A stretch of 64,000 bases of DNA, from contig MU054001.1 of NCBI GenBank assembly GCA_013239625.1, forward strand, positions 6,249,078 to 6,313,077, written 5' to 3'. Position 1 is the stretch's first letter. Every line of letters starts with the position of its first letter. The notes under the pieces are model-generated. The model was given only the letters and a program-made list of their open reading frames with translations. It was not told the DNA's origin and did not search any database. Both the position numbers and the translations under genes were made by a program. Below are positions 1-12,681 of this stretch, in pieces. The stretch comes from Lama guanicoe (taxonomy: Eukaryota).

Positions 1-19
1 AGGGAGGTAAGAGCCCAGA

Positions 20-195
20 TCTGAAATCATGCAGGTCTTGATTCTGACCCTGGCTCTGCCCCTGAGTTTGCACACACTGTTTAACCTCTCAGCTACTCAG
101 TTTCCTCATCTGTGAAGTGGGTACAGTAACAGCACCTTCTTCATAGAGTTAGTGTTAGGGTTAATGAGATAAATTATTCAAAAAGCTTAGCAGAG
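20..195 (+). mobile_element. MIR SINE
   Basis: Core CTCAGTTTCCTCATCTGTGAAGTGGG. Confidence 0.75.
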
Positions 196-2279
196 GTGGA
201 GTCAAAACTGGATATTGTGGGAAGTTATCCCAGATAAACCTATAAGCAAGCTCTGGGTAGGATCCCAGGGAAGTCTCCTTGGGCACCTGGTTCCTTGGCC
301 TTTCAGTCACCTCCTGGGGCAGCTTCCTGCGGTCTGAGACCTGAGCCGTAAACCATGTTCTCTCTTTGCCCCATTTATGATTTTGTAATTACAGACTGTG
401 AGGCAGGCAGACAAGCAGTCCCCACTTCCTGCTGAGGAGTTTCTCCTGGTTCAAACCAGATGAGCACCAAGGCCACTGGGGTCCTGGTACTGGGGACAGA
501 AAGATGTCAGATTCTGAAGCCAGAGTAAGAAGGCAATGGGACTTGGCTGTTGGTGACGAGGGCTGTTAAGTATGACCACAGGTTTGGGGATAATGGGGAT
601 GCCACAGAGAAGGGACGCTGTAGCCACGACTGGGAAGGACAGACAAGCTCTACATCATTTGGGTTTGGTGAAAGATGGTAGGACAGATGAGTGGACACGT
701 CCCGTGGACAAACAGAGATACAGTGTATATATATGTATATATAAGTGAGTTATGAGGACAGAGGTGGTATTAAGGGAAGGGAATGCAGGCAGTCTTTGAA
801 GGACAGCACTTGGCAACACAGGGAGTGAAAGTTTAAAGTGCACACACTTACGTAAATGGAAGATGGGCTGAGAAAATGGCAGAGCTGAAGGGACCGTTGC
901 AAAAATCTAGCCTAACTCAGTCACCTAAGGGTAGAGACACTGAGGTTCAGAGAGCATGAGTGATTTGTCAAGTGGTCCACAACATCCAGAAAATGGGAAA
1001 TCAGGGGACTGAGACCAAGCTCTGCGACTGCCAGTGCTTGTACTTTCCCACAGTTCTAAGCAGGAGACCAGGAAATAGCTGTGTGCAAGGTGAACGTTAA
1101 TTCATGCTGAACACCAGAATGAAACTGGCTTCTAAATTGGGGTAAAATAAACCTATGAGTCAAGGAATTATGAACACTAAAAAAGTAAATATCCTTTGTC
1201 CTTTAATACAGGTCAATGAGAAGCAACAGCAAAAAAAGCAAAGCCAGAAAAATACTTTAACATGAAATGGAATCTCTTTAACTAAGGGCTGATTAATGAT
1301 TTCAAGGGCTGGAGAATCCTTCCCTGACTGTTTTTTGTTTTGTTTTGTTTTTTCAGAATAAGGAAATGGCAGGAAGAAAAGGAATCAGTTTTGCTCCTTT
1401 TCAGCCCAGAGTCGTGCAGGAAGTTGACCCGAAGGAAAACTTGATTGCGCCGCCAAACATCGAGGTCACAACCATGATGTCGTATGCGCAATATCGCCAT
1501 CAAAACACAATCAAATCTGAAGAGCTGAAAGTGTGTATTGCATGAAAGATTTCTGATTACAGCACCCACTTTCAGGCTCAGAAAACAAACACTTCTCTAA
1601 ATGATCCCAACCCCTTCTGAGCCTCTCATCTTTGCTGGTGGCTCAGCCGGTGTTTGAACCAAAATTGCCACTTAAACCTGCCCCTGCAGTTTACTGTACT
1701 GAGAGCACAAGATGGGAGAGTTAATTATCCACCTCACATTGTATTTCTCTCCAAACCCAGGAACATGGCAGGGTGGACACTTGATGGTGAGTGACTGATG
1801 TTTCCTTATTCTCACTTTATTTTGGGCTCAAAAGGAGAGTACAATACACTCATGTTGTGAATGTCTGTGCTTATTTGGTAACTTTCAGTGCGTTCAGCAA
1901 GATGGAACTGGGACCTGTCTTTCTGGCAGATGGATGTGCCTCAGGTAATCTTGTTGAAGGAAGGAGGAGGATTAAGCCAGATCCCAGATTTAATGTTTCT
2001 CCCAGAGCAGCGGGATTTCCAGCTCCCTCATTTAGGGAGGCTGCCGTTCATAAGCACATCACAGAGGAATCAAGGCTGTCGTAAAGTGGGCGTGGGATGG
2101 GGGGCAGCAAGAGATGCCCCAACCCTATCCCAGATTTCTCCAATCTTCAAAAATAGATGAGCCTGTTTCTCCATGACATGTCTTTGTATCAGTCATGCAA
2201 CAAGTTTGAGAATTTCCTAATGTTAATATGTATCACAAATTTAGATTTCCTCTGCATCTGTGAAATAGTTATTTCATCG

Positions 2280-2475
2280 TTCTGAGTTCCAATATTCTGT
2301 CTGGTATCTGACTGTGGAGCCTTGGATGAGCTGCTTGAACTCTGTTCCTCAGTTTTCTCATATGTAAAATGAGGACACTAATAGTTCCTAGCTCACAAGG
2401 TAGAGCTAATACACACAAAGCACCAAGCCCAGTGCCTCGGATGTTAAGTGCTCAGTAAATGCAAGCTATTATTAT
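2280..2475 (+). mobile_element. MIR SINE
   Basis: CCTCAGTTTTCTCATATGTAAAATGAGGACA...AGTGCTCAGTAAATGCAAGCTATTATT. Confidence 0.8.
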
Positions 2476-2479
2476 GTCC

Positions 2480-4680
2480 CTTTATTACTCCATTAAGCTA
2501 CCGGATCATATCGCTATCCAATGTTTTTTTCAAAAACTTCTTGCATTTATTCTGTTTTTGTTTTTGAATTAATTTCTGTTTCACTTTATCATTTTCTTTC
2601 TTGTTTTCCTTATGTTTAATTGAGAATTCCTTGCAACGAGTAATTCATTTACTTCCATTCTATCTTGTTTAGTACTATGTTTAATACTATGAATTTTTGT
2701 CTGAATATGGTTTTAGCTTTTTTACATGTAGTAATTTGATTATAGTGTAGGTATTCTGAAATTTCAACTTCCTTCAATTTAGAAAAGAATTTCAAAATCT
2801 CCAAGAGCCTGGCTTTTTTTTTTCTTTTCTGTTTTGTTTATGAAACTAGGGGTTATTTTTTCTTTTGCATGACTTAAAAGAATGCAGTCATTACTATTTG
2901 TAATTTGAAACGTGTGAAGGCTTTCTTTGGCACCTCAAATTTGGTCAGCTTCAAAATGTTTCAGGGGAACTAGAAGGTGTAATCTTAGTTGTTTGGATAA
3001 AGAATTAAATATTTATGTATTAGTGATTATATTATTCCATATGCCATCATGATTTATGTGTAGATTTCATTCATCTGTGTTTTTGTTTCTCCTTGCATTT
3101 TCAGAGACTTCCTTTATGTGTTGAGACATACTGGTTAAACTGCTCGTATAAATCTAATGGTTTATACATGCACACTGTCAGTTTTCTATTTTATATCTGA
3201 TTAAACAATTCTTTGTGTTACATTCTTTCTGTCCAAGTAACCAGGATGCGTTCTGTCTCCTGACAGAAGGCTGGCTCAGTGATCAATGATAGGTGTTCTA
3301 GTAAGCAGGGTGTGTTGGGAGAGAGAGAGACTCCCCATAGTTAGAATCGAGTCTAAAGCAGTTTGGGTACCAATTCACCTTCCTTATTGTCAGCCCTGCC
3401 CACAGGGAGGGGGAGAGCACGGGGCGGGGGGCAAGCAGGGAGATTTATGGGCCAGGCCCACAAGCGGCACTCACTAGTTTTGCTCACATCCCAGGGGAGA
3501 ACATTCCACTGAGGTCACAAGGCCACACTCTGGGAGTAGAATGTTTGGTATGTCTGAGCAGCCAAATGCCAGCTCTAATTCTGTGATCATGGAAGTGGAG
3601 AATAGATTGTGATGGACAGCTAGCAGTTTCTACCACAATGCTGTTTTCTGTTTTGTGATCTGGAATCTGATTGATTACAACATTTAATTAGGCCACTGTA
3701 TTCCAGCTGCAGATTTAATGCTTTTTGAACTTTTAATTCCCTGTCATCTGATAGTAGACTGGAGACTGCCATTTTTCTATTGTTTTCTATCTTATACTAT
3801 ATGGTTAATTTTCGGAACACCCTCCACTTTCTGGTAATTTAAAATTACTCTTGTGTGTCAAATGGTAAACTTTTAAAAACTTTATTTCTTGATTTATTAA
3901 CTTTTAAAAAGTGAAGTGAATGTTGACATCTTGCTGTGAAAGACAAGGACATTAACTCACTTATACTTCCTTCTCAGCCCCGACTGCGTTCTGTCAGCAG
4001 GCTCTAGGGTTTTTGCCTCAGTCCATTAGTTATATTATTTTAAATTGTGACGTTTTTCTTTCCAGTCACCTTTATATTCTTTTCTATAAATGCCTATTGC
4101 ATTGTTGTTACTTTGAATTTTACATCTTAATGGATTTTAATGCTTATATTCTTATTAAGTTTTCTCCCATTACTACCATCTTCATATTAATTCTCTTGGT
4201 TTCACTTGGATTTAGACAAATATTATTTTCAAGAATATATATTGAAAATATATTAAAATGTATTTCAAAAAAGGTTCATAGTTATGATGCCTGAGTTACT
4301 GCATATTTAAGAGTTCTTCACCTGCCTTTATAACTGGTTGGGAAGTAAACCTAGGTCAAACTTACTGTGTGACATTGAACTGGTGTGGAGAGACTGAGCC
4401 CTAGAGGATGGGTTTTTTAGTCCAAACTTCTCCAAGTAACTTCTTCAGGATGTTTCAATGTTGTTCATTCTTTACTGATTTTTTTCTAAAACATGATGTT
4501 TCCTCTTTATCTGCAGATTTAGTTCTTCCTTATTTAGTGAGTATTTTATTATGCCTTTGAAGTTTTTCTTTTTTCTGTTCCAGTCATAGCCTTCTCTACC
4601 TCCGGACACCAATTTTATTTATGTTGGATCAACCTTGTCCACCCCCTCCCCGTCTCTATCCTTTTCCATGTGCATTCACT
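2480..4680 (-). mobile_element. Ancient L1/HAL1-like fragments (interrupted by the MLT)
   Basis: Very T-rich degenerate L1-like composition; boundaries approximate. Confidence 0.45.
3235..3637 (-). mobile_element. Degenerate MaLR LTR (MLT1-like)
   Basis: Terminal ...GGACAGCTAGCAGTTTCTACCACA resembles MLT1 ends; GC-richer island inside old L1. Confidence 0.5.
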
Positions 4681-4695
4681 ATGCTTAGCCCCAAA

Positions 4696-5213
4696 TGAAA
4701 GAAAAAAAAATGTCCACCCCCCAAGTTATTCCCTTCCTTGAGGATGCCAGCTAAAAATTGGCACTTGCCGTCTGCCCCTACAATGATTAAATCAGGAGCT
4801 GCTGCAGCCGTTGACCTTCAACACTGCCTGAGAGGAGTTCAGGGTGGAGATCAGGAATGAGGCGCTCTGTGCTCTGGGAAAACTGGCTGAACAGGCCTTC
4901 AGATAGTTAGATATTTTCAGAGGAAGTTTTTACAAGCCCAAATTCTTGCATCTCCTCATTTGTAGAAAAGCTCTAACATCATTAATGGTGAATCTGGTCC
5001 TTGTGACCAGCAGCAGCCTCTACCTAAGTGTGTGCTTGGCTGCACGTACCCCCTTCCCTAAAATCATATATAATACTGACCTTCCCCCCTGCCTCTTCGG
5101 AGCAGCTCCTCGGGGCTATCTGAGATGCTATCTCCAGGGCTTTAGTCCTCATTTTGCCACAAATAAAAATTAACTTATAGCTCTCATGTTGTGTGATTTT
5201 ATTTCAGTCGACA
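4696..5213 (+). mobile_element. Solo ERV LTR (ERV1/MER41-like, artiodactyl type)
   Basis: TATA-like CATATATAA ~5066, AATAAA at 5161, 3' end TTTCAGTCGACA; 5' end and TSD unclear. Confidence 0.7.
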
Positions 5214-5224
5214 GTGAGAATGAC

Positions 5225-5475
5225 TGTGGCAGTCATGTGGTTTGCATACAGCACAAAGTTGCCCAACTGAGAGGACAACAGGGGGCTAAAATCCAGTTTG
5301 TGCTAGGCTCTCTGAGCCATGGGTCCTAGCCTAGCATGGGTCTGTGTCTGCTCAGAGAAAGGAGCTTTTGCTTTGCATAAAGATGCTAAACCCTGTGCCC
5401 ATGGGGCTGAGTGTGCTCAGAAAGGGTGCCTTTTTCTAATTCACACAGGTATCATGTGGGCTGGCCACAGCCCTG
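5225..5475. mobile_element. MER91-like hAT DNA transposon relic
   Basis: Ends GCCTTTTTCTAATTCACAC...TGGGCTGGCCACAGCCCTG, typical of MER91; internal partial duplication. Confidence 0.55.
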
Positions 5476-6984
5476 ATGGAGAATGATGCCGTACATTGGT
5501 ATGTGTGATGCAGGAAGAACTTCCACCCTGAAACCAGGACATTTCTGTCTCTTTCCCCTAGATGCTGACTCACCACTCACCTGATTCCCTCCAAAAGCAT
5601 TAGGTTTTTCATAATTTATCTACTGACCTTGTCCTCACCCCGTATAGCTTCTGAAAAGCCAGAGTACAAAAGACACATACAAATCCCCATGAGTCTTCTT
5701 CCCACTGCTTTCCAGCTTATGGTGTGAGGTTGTACTGCTTCCTTTGTTTAAACGCTGCTGGTATTTTGCCGGTCCTTTCTCCCTCATTTTTCATCCATGT
5801 TTTTAGTTTCCGAGATAGGGTAGTTTTATGATCTGGCTGCATACTACTAGGATACTTCCAGCCTCTCCTTGATTTACGTGTGGTCTCTCTGTGCTGTTAT
5901 AACTATGTTTTCACACTGTTTTGACTCTTCCACTTTTATATGCCATCTATTTAATATGCATGCTCACGAAGCACTGTCATCTCAGCCTATTCTTTAAGAG
6001 TTCTGGTGAAAAGTTAAATTTATTCAGGTATTCTGTAAATGTTGTTTGCTGTCCATAAGGCACTGCAAGCTTGTCACATATTGGAGATGACATCAAGATG
6101 ATCCCACATTCTGATTTTTTTAAGATTGAAATAGGACTTTTTCAGACTTAAAATAAAATGGAAGGAAATCTGGAAAACACCATGTTTCTTAAAATGATAT
6201 TCTGGAAAGGTAGCTGAATTTGATATTCAGTCAGGAGTTCCAACAGATATCGCTTGTACAATAAAGTTACACAGTGAATCTGCCATTGTGATAGAGGAAG
6301 CTTTAAATTAGATTTAAATCTTGTCATGTCTGGATAAATGTGCTAATATTTTCAGTCAGTCTCTAGTACAGCTGTTAAAATATTGTGGCTCAGGAGGCCA
6401 AATGAGACTTCTAAAATTCATGAGTTCTGTGTTCTAATTCTTATTAGCTTTTGCTTTTCTAATTAGAAAACAGACATTGGCTTCTGTAGAGGTGAACATC
6501 AAGATTTACTGATCTCAGTGTATCTTAGAACAACAAATTTTGAATTTCATCAAAACACAAAGCTGATACATATGTCACAGATTCTGAACGCCTTCAGTAG
6601 TAGAAAGCTTCAGAGTTCTGCATATGTAACATTCAAGCAGGAAGCTAAAACTCACATATGAATTTGCAAATGATGTTTGATTTCAACTAAGACAATGGCA
6701 GATTCTTGGCAACTCTGCTCAGCTAATCAGACTTTTTAATTCTTACAAGTACAACATAGTTCATTTCCCTTCATATTTCAGCAAATATTAAATATTTCAA
6801 AAGTTTCTTTTTTTTTTCAGTTGCCCCAGCTATGAAGCATCAGTCTTCAGTTCTCTCTCCAGGGGCTTCATGTTTTAACTTTTTTCCATGCTGGTTTTGT
6901 AATTTAGTTGCTTCATCTTATCACAAACTCTCTTAATTTATCAACTATCTTTTTTGCCATAGCTCTCTCCTTAAGAAGTTCTTT

Positions 6985-7840
6985 ACCATCAACAACATAA
7001 AAAGGCAACCTACTGAATGGGGGAAAAATATTTGCAAATTATATATCTGATAAGGGACCAATGTCCAAAATATATAAAGAACTCACAACTCAGCAGCAAA
7101 ACAAGGGAAACAATTCAATTAAAAGATGGGCAGAAGATCTGAATAGCCGTATTCCCAAAGAAGACGTACAGATGGCCAACAGGTACATGAAAAGATGCTT
7201 AACATCACTAATTATCAGGAAAATGCAAATCAAAACCACAATGAGAAATGAACTCACACTTGTTAGAATGACTATTATCAAAAAAAAAATAAATAAATAA
7301 CAAGTGTTGGCGAGGTTGCAGACAAAAGGGAACCCTTGTGCACTGCTGGCAGTAATGTAAATTGGTGTATCCACTATAGAAAAAAGTATGGAGGTTCTGT
7401 AAAAAAAAAATTAAAAACAGAACTACCGTACAATTTGGCAATTCCACGTCTGAGTATTTACCCCCAAAAAATGAAAATGTGAATTCAACAAAAATATATG
7501 CACCCCCATGTTCACTGCAGCATTACTTACAATAGCCAGGATACGAAAGCAACCTAAGCGTCCACTGGTGGATGACTGGATAAAGAAACTGTGAGATATA
7601 TATATACAATGGAATATTTTTCAGCCATAAAATCTTGCCATTTGCAATGACATGGACAGAACTTGAGGGTATGCTAAGTGGAATAAATCAAACAGAGAAA
7701 GACAAATACCATATAACCTCTCTTATATGTAGAGTCTTAAAAAAAAAAAGCGACCTAATAAATATGGAGAACAGATTGGTGGTTGCCAGAGGGGGAGGGA
7801 TAGGAAGTGAGAGAAATGGATGAAGGGGGTCAAAAGGTAA
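6985..7840 (+). mobile_element. L1 3' fragment (ORF2 end + part of 3' UTR)
   Basis: ORF2-like peptide [37 protein letters not shown] with frameshifts. Confidence 0.88.
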
Positions 7841-7958
7841 AAAGGGAAAAAAATACAATGTATTACTGAGCAACAACAACAAGAACAAAAGAAAGAAGAA
7901 AAGACAAATAAGCAGCAATTTTTTTCCTGAATGCACAAACCTAAAAGCAGGATGGAAG

Positions 7959-8563
7959 TGATGCAGGAAAAACGGATGTGGGGCGTGAGGAGGGCCGTGT
8001 CCCAGGCTTCAGGTGAGCTCCTGGGACGTGCCCCGCCAAGTGTGGGTCCTTGGCTTTGTGCAGGAAAGAATTCAAGAGCGAGCCACAGTCGAGTAAAGGA
8101 AGATTTATTTAGAGAGATACATGGAAAGGCAAGAGAAAGGCCACGAGGTGAGGGGGTTGGGTGCTCAGATTAGAGTAAAAGTAGGTACACACTCCACAGA
8201 CAGGGTGTGGGACTTCTCTGAAGAGGTGGGAGAGAGAGAGGTGCTGCCAGTTCTTACAGGCTTGATGGCTTCATATGCTAATAAGTGGAAGGACCAGTGT
8301 AACTAGCCTGGGGAAGGAGCTGGGATTCCCAGGAAGCTAGCCATTTCCCACTCTGACCTTTTGCGGCTAGCCTTGGGACTGCCATGGGCATGTTATTTAC
8401 CATGTTAATATATTACAGTGGGCGTATAATGAAGTTCTACTCGAGATCAAATCTCCCACCATCTTGAGCCTCAAGGCCTACTGGGGGTTGAATCTTCCAC
8501 CGTTTTGATGTTAATTGCTGTATCATTCCTTGAATGGCTGTGCTCTGCCCCCTTCCTGTCTCA
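7959..8563 (-). mobile_element. Solo ERV LTR (~605 bp)
   Basis: Minus strand TGAGACAGG...CCTGCATCA (TG...CA, short terminal inverted repeat); AATAAA on minus ~8105; near-TSD GAAG/AAAG. Confidence 0.78.
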
Positions 8564-9313
8564 AAAGTACCTAAATTATTAATTCCAGTTCAAGTTATCT
8601 TCCTCTTTAACCACACTATTAAAAGAAACCTTACATTATAAGCCATATTTTAAGGAATGTCCATGCTCACTTATTACCTGTTTTCTGCATCTGCATGGAG
8701 GTGGGGGGAAGAGAAAAGAATACAGTGAAAAAAAAAAAACAAAAAAAAACTATTACTCTAAGCCATTTTGGGCACTGTGAAGTCGCTTTTTCTTCTCAAG
8801 AAAATGTGCAGTCATTTCTTTTTCTCAACACACGTTCCAGACATTTTAAAAGGTTATTTCCTCAAAGAGCCACAAGACCCACAAAGGATTTCCTTGAAAT
8901 ATTTTCACTATTATAAATAAGCAAACAAACGAAAAGGCAAATCTATGTGTGTGTGTATATTTGTGAGGAAAAATTATACATATGTGTATAAATATGAATT
9001 TAATATACAAATATAAATAGGAATTGAATCTATATGAATATATGTGCATTTTAATTTTTCCCATTCAAATATTTATTAGTGCCGTTTTTTCAAGGAGTTC
9101 AGATTATTTCATGCAAATCTAATGAATCTTCAGTATTTCTTCAAGGTAAGTAAGAAAGCACCATTAACTACTTTTTTTTTAGGCCAAGGAAAAAGAGAAT
9201 CAAATATGTAACAGAACAAGCTCTTTGTTTTTTTTGGTCACTCAAAAAAAGGTGCATTTTTATGCAATAAACATACAAAGTTCACAAGAAATATAATGTG
9301 TGTGTTTTTTGTA

Positions 9314-9678
9314 TAGTTGGCTCTCTGTATCCATGCGTTTTGCATCCATGGATTCAATCATCCATGGGTTAAAAATATTCAGAAAAATAAATTCCAGAAA
9401 GTTTCAAAAAGCAAAACTTGAATTTGCAGTGCACTGGCAACAATTTACATAGCATTTACATTGTGTTTACAACTATCTCTACAGCATTTATACTGTGTTA
9501 GGAATTACAAGTAATCTAGAGATGATTTAAAGTATATACAGGAGGATGTGTGTAGGTCATATGCAAATACTATGCCATTTTATATAAGAAACTTGAACAT
9601 CCATGGATTTTGGTATCCCTGGGCTGGGGGCGGGCAGCGTCCTGGAACCAATTCCCTGTGGATACCAAGGGATGACTG
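9314..9678 (-). mobile_element. MER2/MER2B-like Tigger MITE
   Basis: Degenerate TIRs (TAGTTGGCTCTCTGTATCC / GGATACCAAGGGATGACTG), TA on the left flank, typical MER2 interior. Confidence 0.8.
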
Positions 9679-10979
9679 TGGAGTTTGACTGACTTCTTGT
9701 ACTCAAATAAATTCTCATTGCCAAATATAAATTGTTCTAGCTCTTTCAAATTATAGAGATAAAACACTTATTTCAGTGATACCACTTTTATTTTCTATTA
9801 TTTATGTTAACTATCTCTTGGAATTTTTTCAGAGCCAGACTCATGGTTTTTGCTTTTCATCAATTGTTCTGAATCAAAGGGAAAAACTCAAATTGATCAG
9901 TGAGGAATTCTGTGTGCGATGAGCACTTACAACAGTCATCTAGAGGCTTGCAAAAGTGATTTGTAATCCAGTAAGATCATGGTTGTGGACAGAACCCAGT
10001 GACTGGTTTAGAATCAAAGACTGCAATCGGGAAAGACAGCCTTAAGCCAGGGTTCTTGCAGAAGGATGCCCGCAGCCTGCAGCCACTGTTGCTGGCTTCT
10101 CCCTAGTGAGTTTACCTGGAAACGTGGCATTCTAAGGCCACAGTCCATTAAAGGGGAAAAAAAAAATCACAATCTGGGGGAGATTAGTGAAAAGATTAGT
10201 GAAAAGTACATAGATTTGGTAAAGACACAGAGCAAACTGAATTACTCTTCATACTACAGGTAGAGGAATTTATGACATAATCTGGACCTTAGTATTAGTA
10301 TTCTTACCAGCAAAGCTGGGATGACAGTTTCTATTTCATATGACCAGTATGCAAACTTGATACTAAAATTCATGTGAAACACTTACTACATAACAGATTC
10401 CGAATAGATGTTATTTATTATTCCGATTCCTCCAAAAAAATGTTCTATAGTCAGATCTGCCTCATTTTTCTCTATTTTGCACATATAATTTCTTACGCAA
10501 GACCTAGGCAGTGTGCCTCAAAATTATGAAGGATGTGCCTGATTTCTTCAGATTTTCCATGTGTTCATGTATCCATTTACTTGATATCAATTTGACTTGC
10601 AACCAAACCTACTTGTCCTTTCTTTAAATCCTTTCAAGACTCTACAAGTGGGCTGCATTTTTATGTGACATATTTGACTTCTCAGGTGAAACTCCGTAAT
10701 ACTTAGGCCATAAAAATGACTCTCTTTGGGGCCAGGGCTCAAATTAATGAGCTTCATTGTAACATTCAGTAAGGAAATAAATTCATCAAATTTAAATGTT
10801 TAATCTACTTGATATTTTCACCAATGTTTGCTTAAGTAAATTTGGTAGCAAACTACGTGTAATGGTAGGTACCATAAATTCTCTTCCATTTCACCTCCCG
10901 ATCAATTAAATGAAAATATTCAGGAGTAATAAACTCAATATTGTGAATAATGAGAATAAAGAATGTATCCAGATATATT

Positions 10980-11753
10980 CATTAATTCAGAAATAAAATT
11001 TATTGACTTTTAATTCTTAATTTTGTTTTTACCAGTACAAACTAGGTTAACAGTCCATGCTGCTGAACAATCTTACACATAAGAGCTCAAAGGAAATATT
11101 TGATCAGGTATAGACAATATTACACTGTATTTTAGTTCAAACCCCTATAGTTAGCATAAATATAAAACCACAATCATGTTTACAAGGTTAAAAATTGTAC
11201 AGTAGCTCTGTATACTAAAATGTTATCAACAATACAGTTTGATAATCAAAATATCAGCTGGCTGATTTTGCTTTTCTGATGCATATTAATCTTTTCCTGG
11301 CATGACAATGCTAGTTACAAAAACTGACCGTTCTTTCAATATATTTTCATTCCCAGTATGCATTACTAGTTGGCAAATTCATTTTAATTGGCAGTAAGGT
11401 GGGAATTCAGTCCACAGTGCAAAGATTCATTTTGATGAGCTATGTGATCGTAAAACATGCAGTGGTGAACTTTCAATTCATAAACTACTTCTATTGTTCA
11501 TTATTACTGTAGTTGGCATAAACATGAGAACTTTTTTTCACTTGATTGAAAGCATTTCTTACCATCAGGTTGGCTATGGCATGCAAGAGGTCCAGTAACT
11601 CTGCCAAGGGCGCAGCAACCCCCACATCAGCATGATCAGCCCACACCCACACACACACACACATACATACATGGCTGCCTTGACTAAGGTCAACACAAAA
11701 CTTAACACATTTCTAGGATATGTGTCTCAACAGGGTCTCTTACAGCTTCCTCA
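10980..11753 (-). other. PHKB: PHKB 3' UTR (proximal form, ~770 nt)
   Basis: Repeat-free AT-rich stretch between the stop codon and the first AATAAA I found on the minus strand; the end is inferred. Confidence 0.65.
10999..11004 (-). terminator. Putative PHKB polyadenylation signal AATAAA
   Basis: TTTATT on +; UGUA motifs upstream in the mRNA (11036-11039, 11074-11077) and a U-rich stretch downstream (~10941-10965). Confidence 0.65.
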
Positions 11754-11891
11754 CTAGCTAACCAGACACGAGTCGTCATTGCTCGGCTTGACTTCTCCGT
11801 CCAGCAGCGAATTCATCACCACCTTTGTCAAATAGCTGCATGTTCCTCTTCTTCCCAGGGGGGGAGTGTTGTAAAAGGAAGTCATGTCATC
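11754..11891 (-). CDS. PHKB: PHKB last coding exon (138 nt to stop): [45 protein letters not shown]
   Basis: ttgtag|GAT...AGC TAG TGA; C-terminal CaaX farnesylation motif CLVS. Confidence 0.97.
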   Translation of the reverse strand, partial: DDMTSFYNTPPLGRRGTCSYLTKVVMNSLLDGEVKPSNDDSCLVS

Positions 11892-12540
11892 CTACAAATG
11901 AAAACAGTAAGCAAATCCTTTCATTTTTTGTTTGTAAAGAGTTGACAGATAAAATCACTGTCAGCCTAGAGGGAAAAATAAATTCACAGAAAGATTTCCT
12001 CATGGAAAATATGAGCTTCTTGAGTTTTTCTTTTATTTTCCTGAGGTGTCTTCTCAGCATATAAAACAAAGACAGACATTTTTAGTATTCTCCCCTTTGC
12101 TGATAATTTTTGTTTACTTAGGGAACCTTTTTATGAATAAGCATAAAATATTAAACAGGCCTGGAAGGGACTGTATTAGGTAGTCACACAGCACCAATGT
12201 AGCCTGTTACTCATGCCCAGCCTCCCCAGTATTTAATTTTATGGCCTTCTAGAATCTATGGCTCCTTTTTTGGTAGAACACATTTTAACTGCTAACTATA
12301 TAAAGGAAATTTACTTCTTCCGAGATTTCTTTTTAGTCAGAACTTCACAGCTGAATTGACTAGTAATTAACTAAAAAGTAACAGTAATTCCTCAAATAAA
12401 TCAGACTTCCCTCTTCCCGGCAAGTACTCTACTTTGTACTCTGTAAATCTGTTTTGTGAGTTAAGGGATATGAGATTAGGGATATTTTGAAGAACTGAGC
12501 CAAAGAAAAAATTCTACCAAAAGCTATTTTCTCTACTTAC

Positions 12541-12681
12541 TTGCTTTTCAACTTCCTTCAGCCGACTCTCATCTTTTTGGAATTCATGAAATGCTTCTTT
12601 CACCAGTTTGTCTAGGTCGACTTTGTCTTGAAATTCTAGCTCAGGGTTTCTTTCCAGTACAATGGATACAACCATTAGTAA
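12541..12681 (-). CDS. PHKB: PHKB coding exon (141 nt): [47 protein letters not shown]
   Basis: ctctag|TTA...CAA|gtaagt. Confidence 0.97.
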
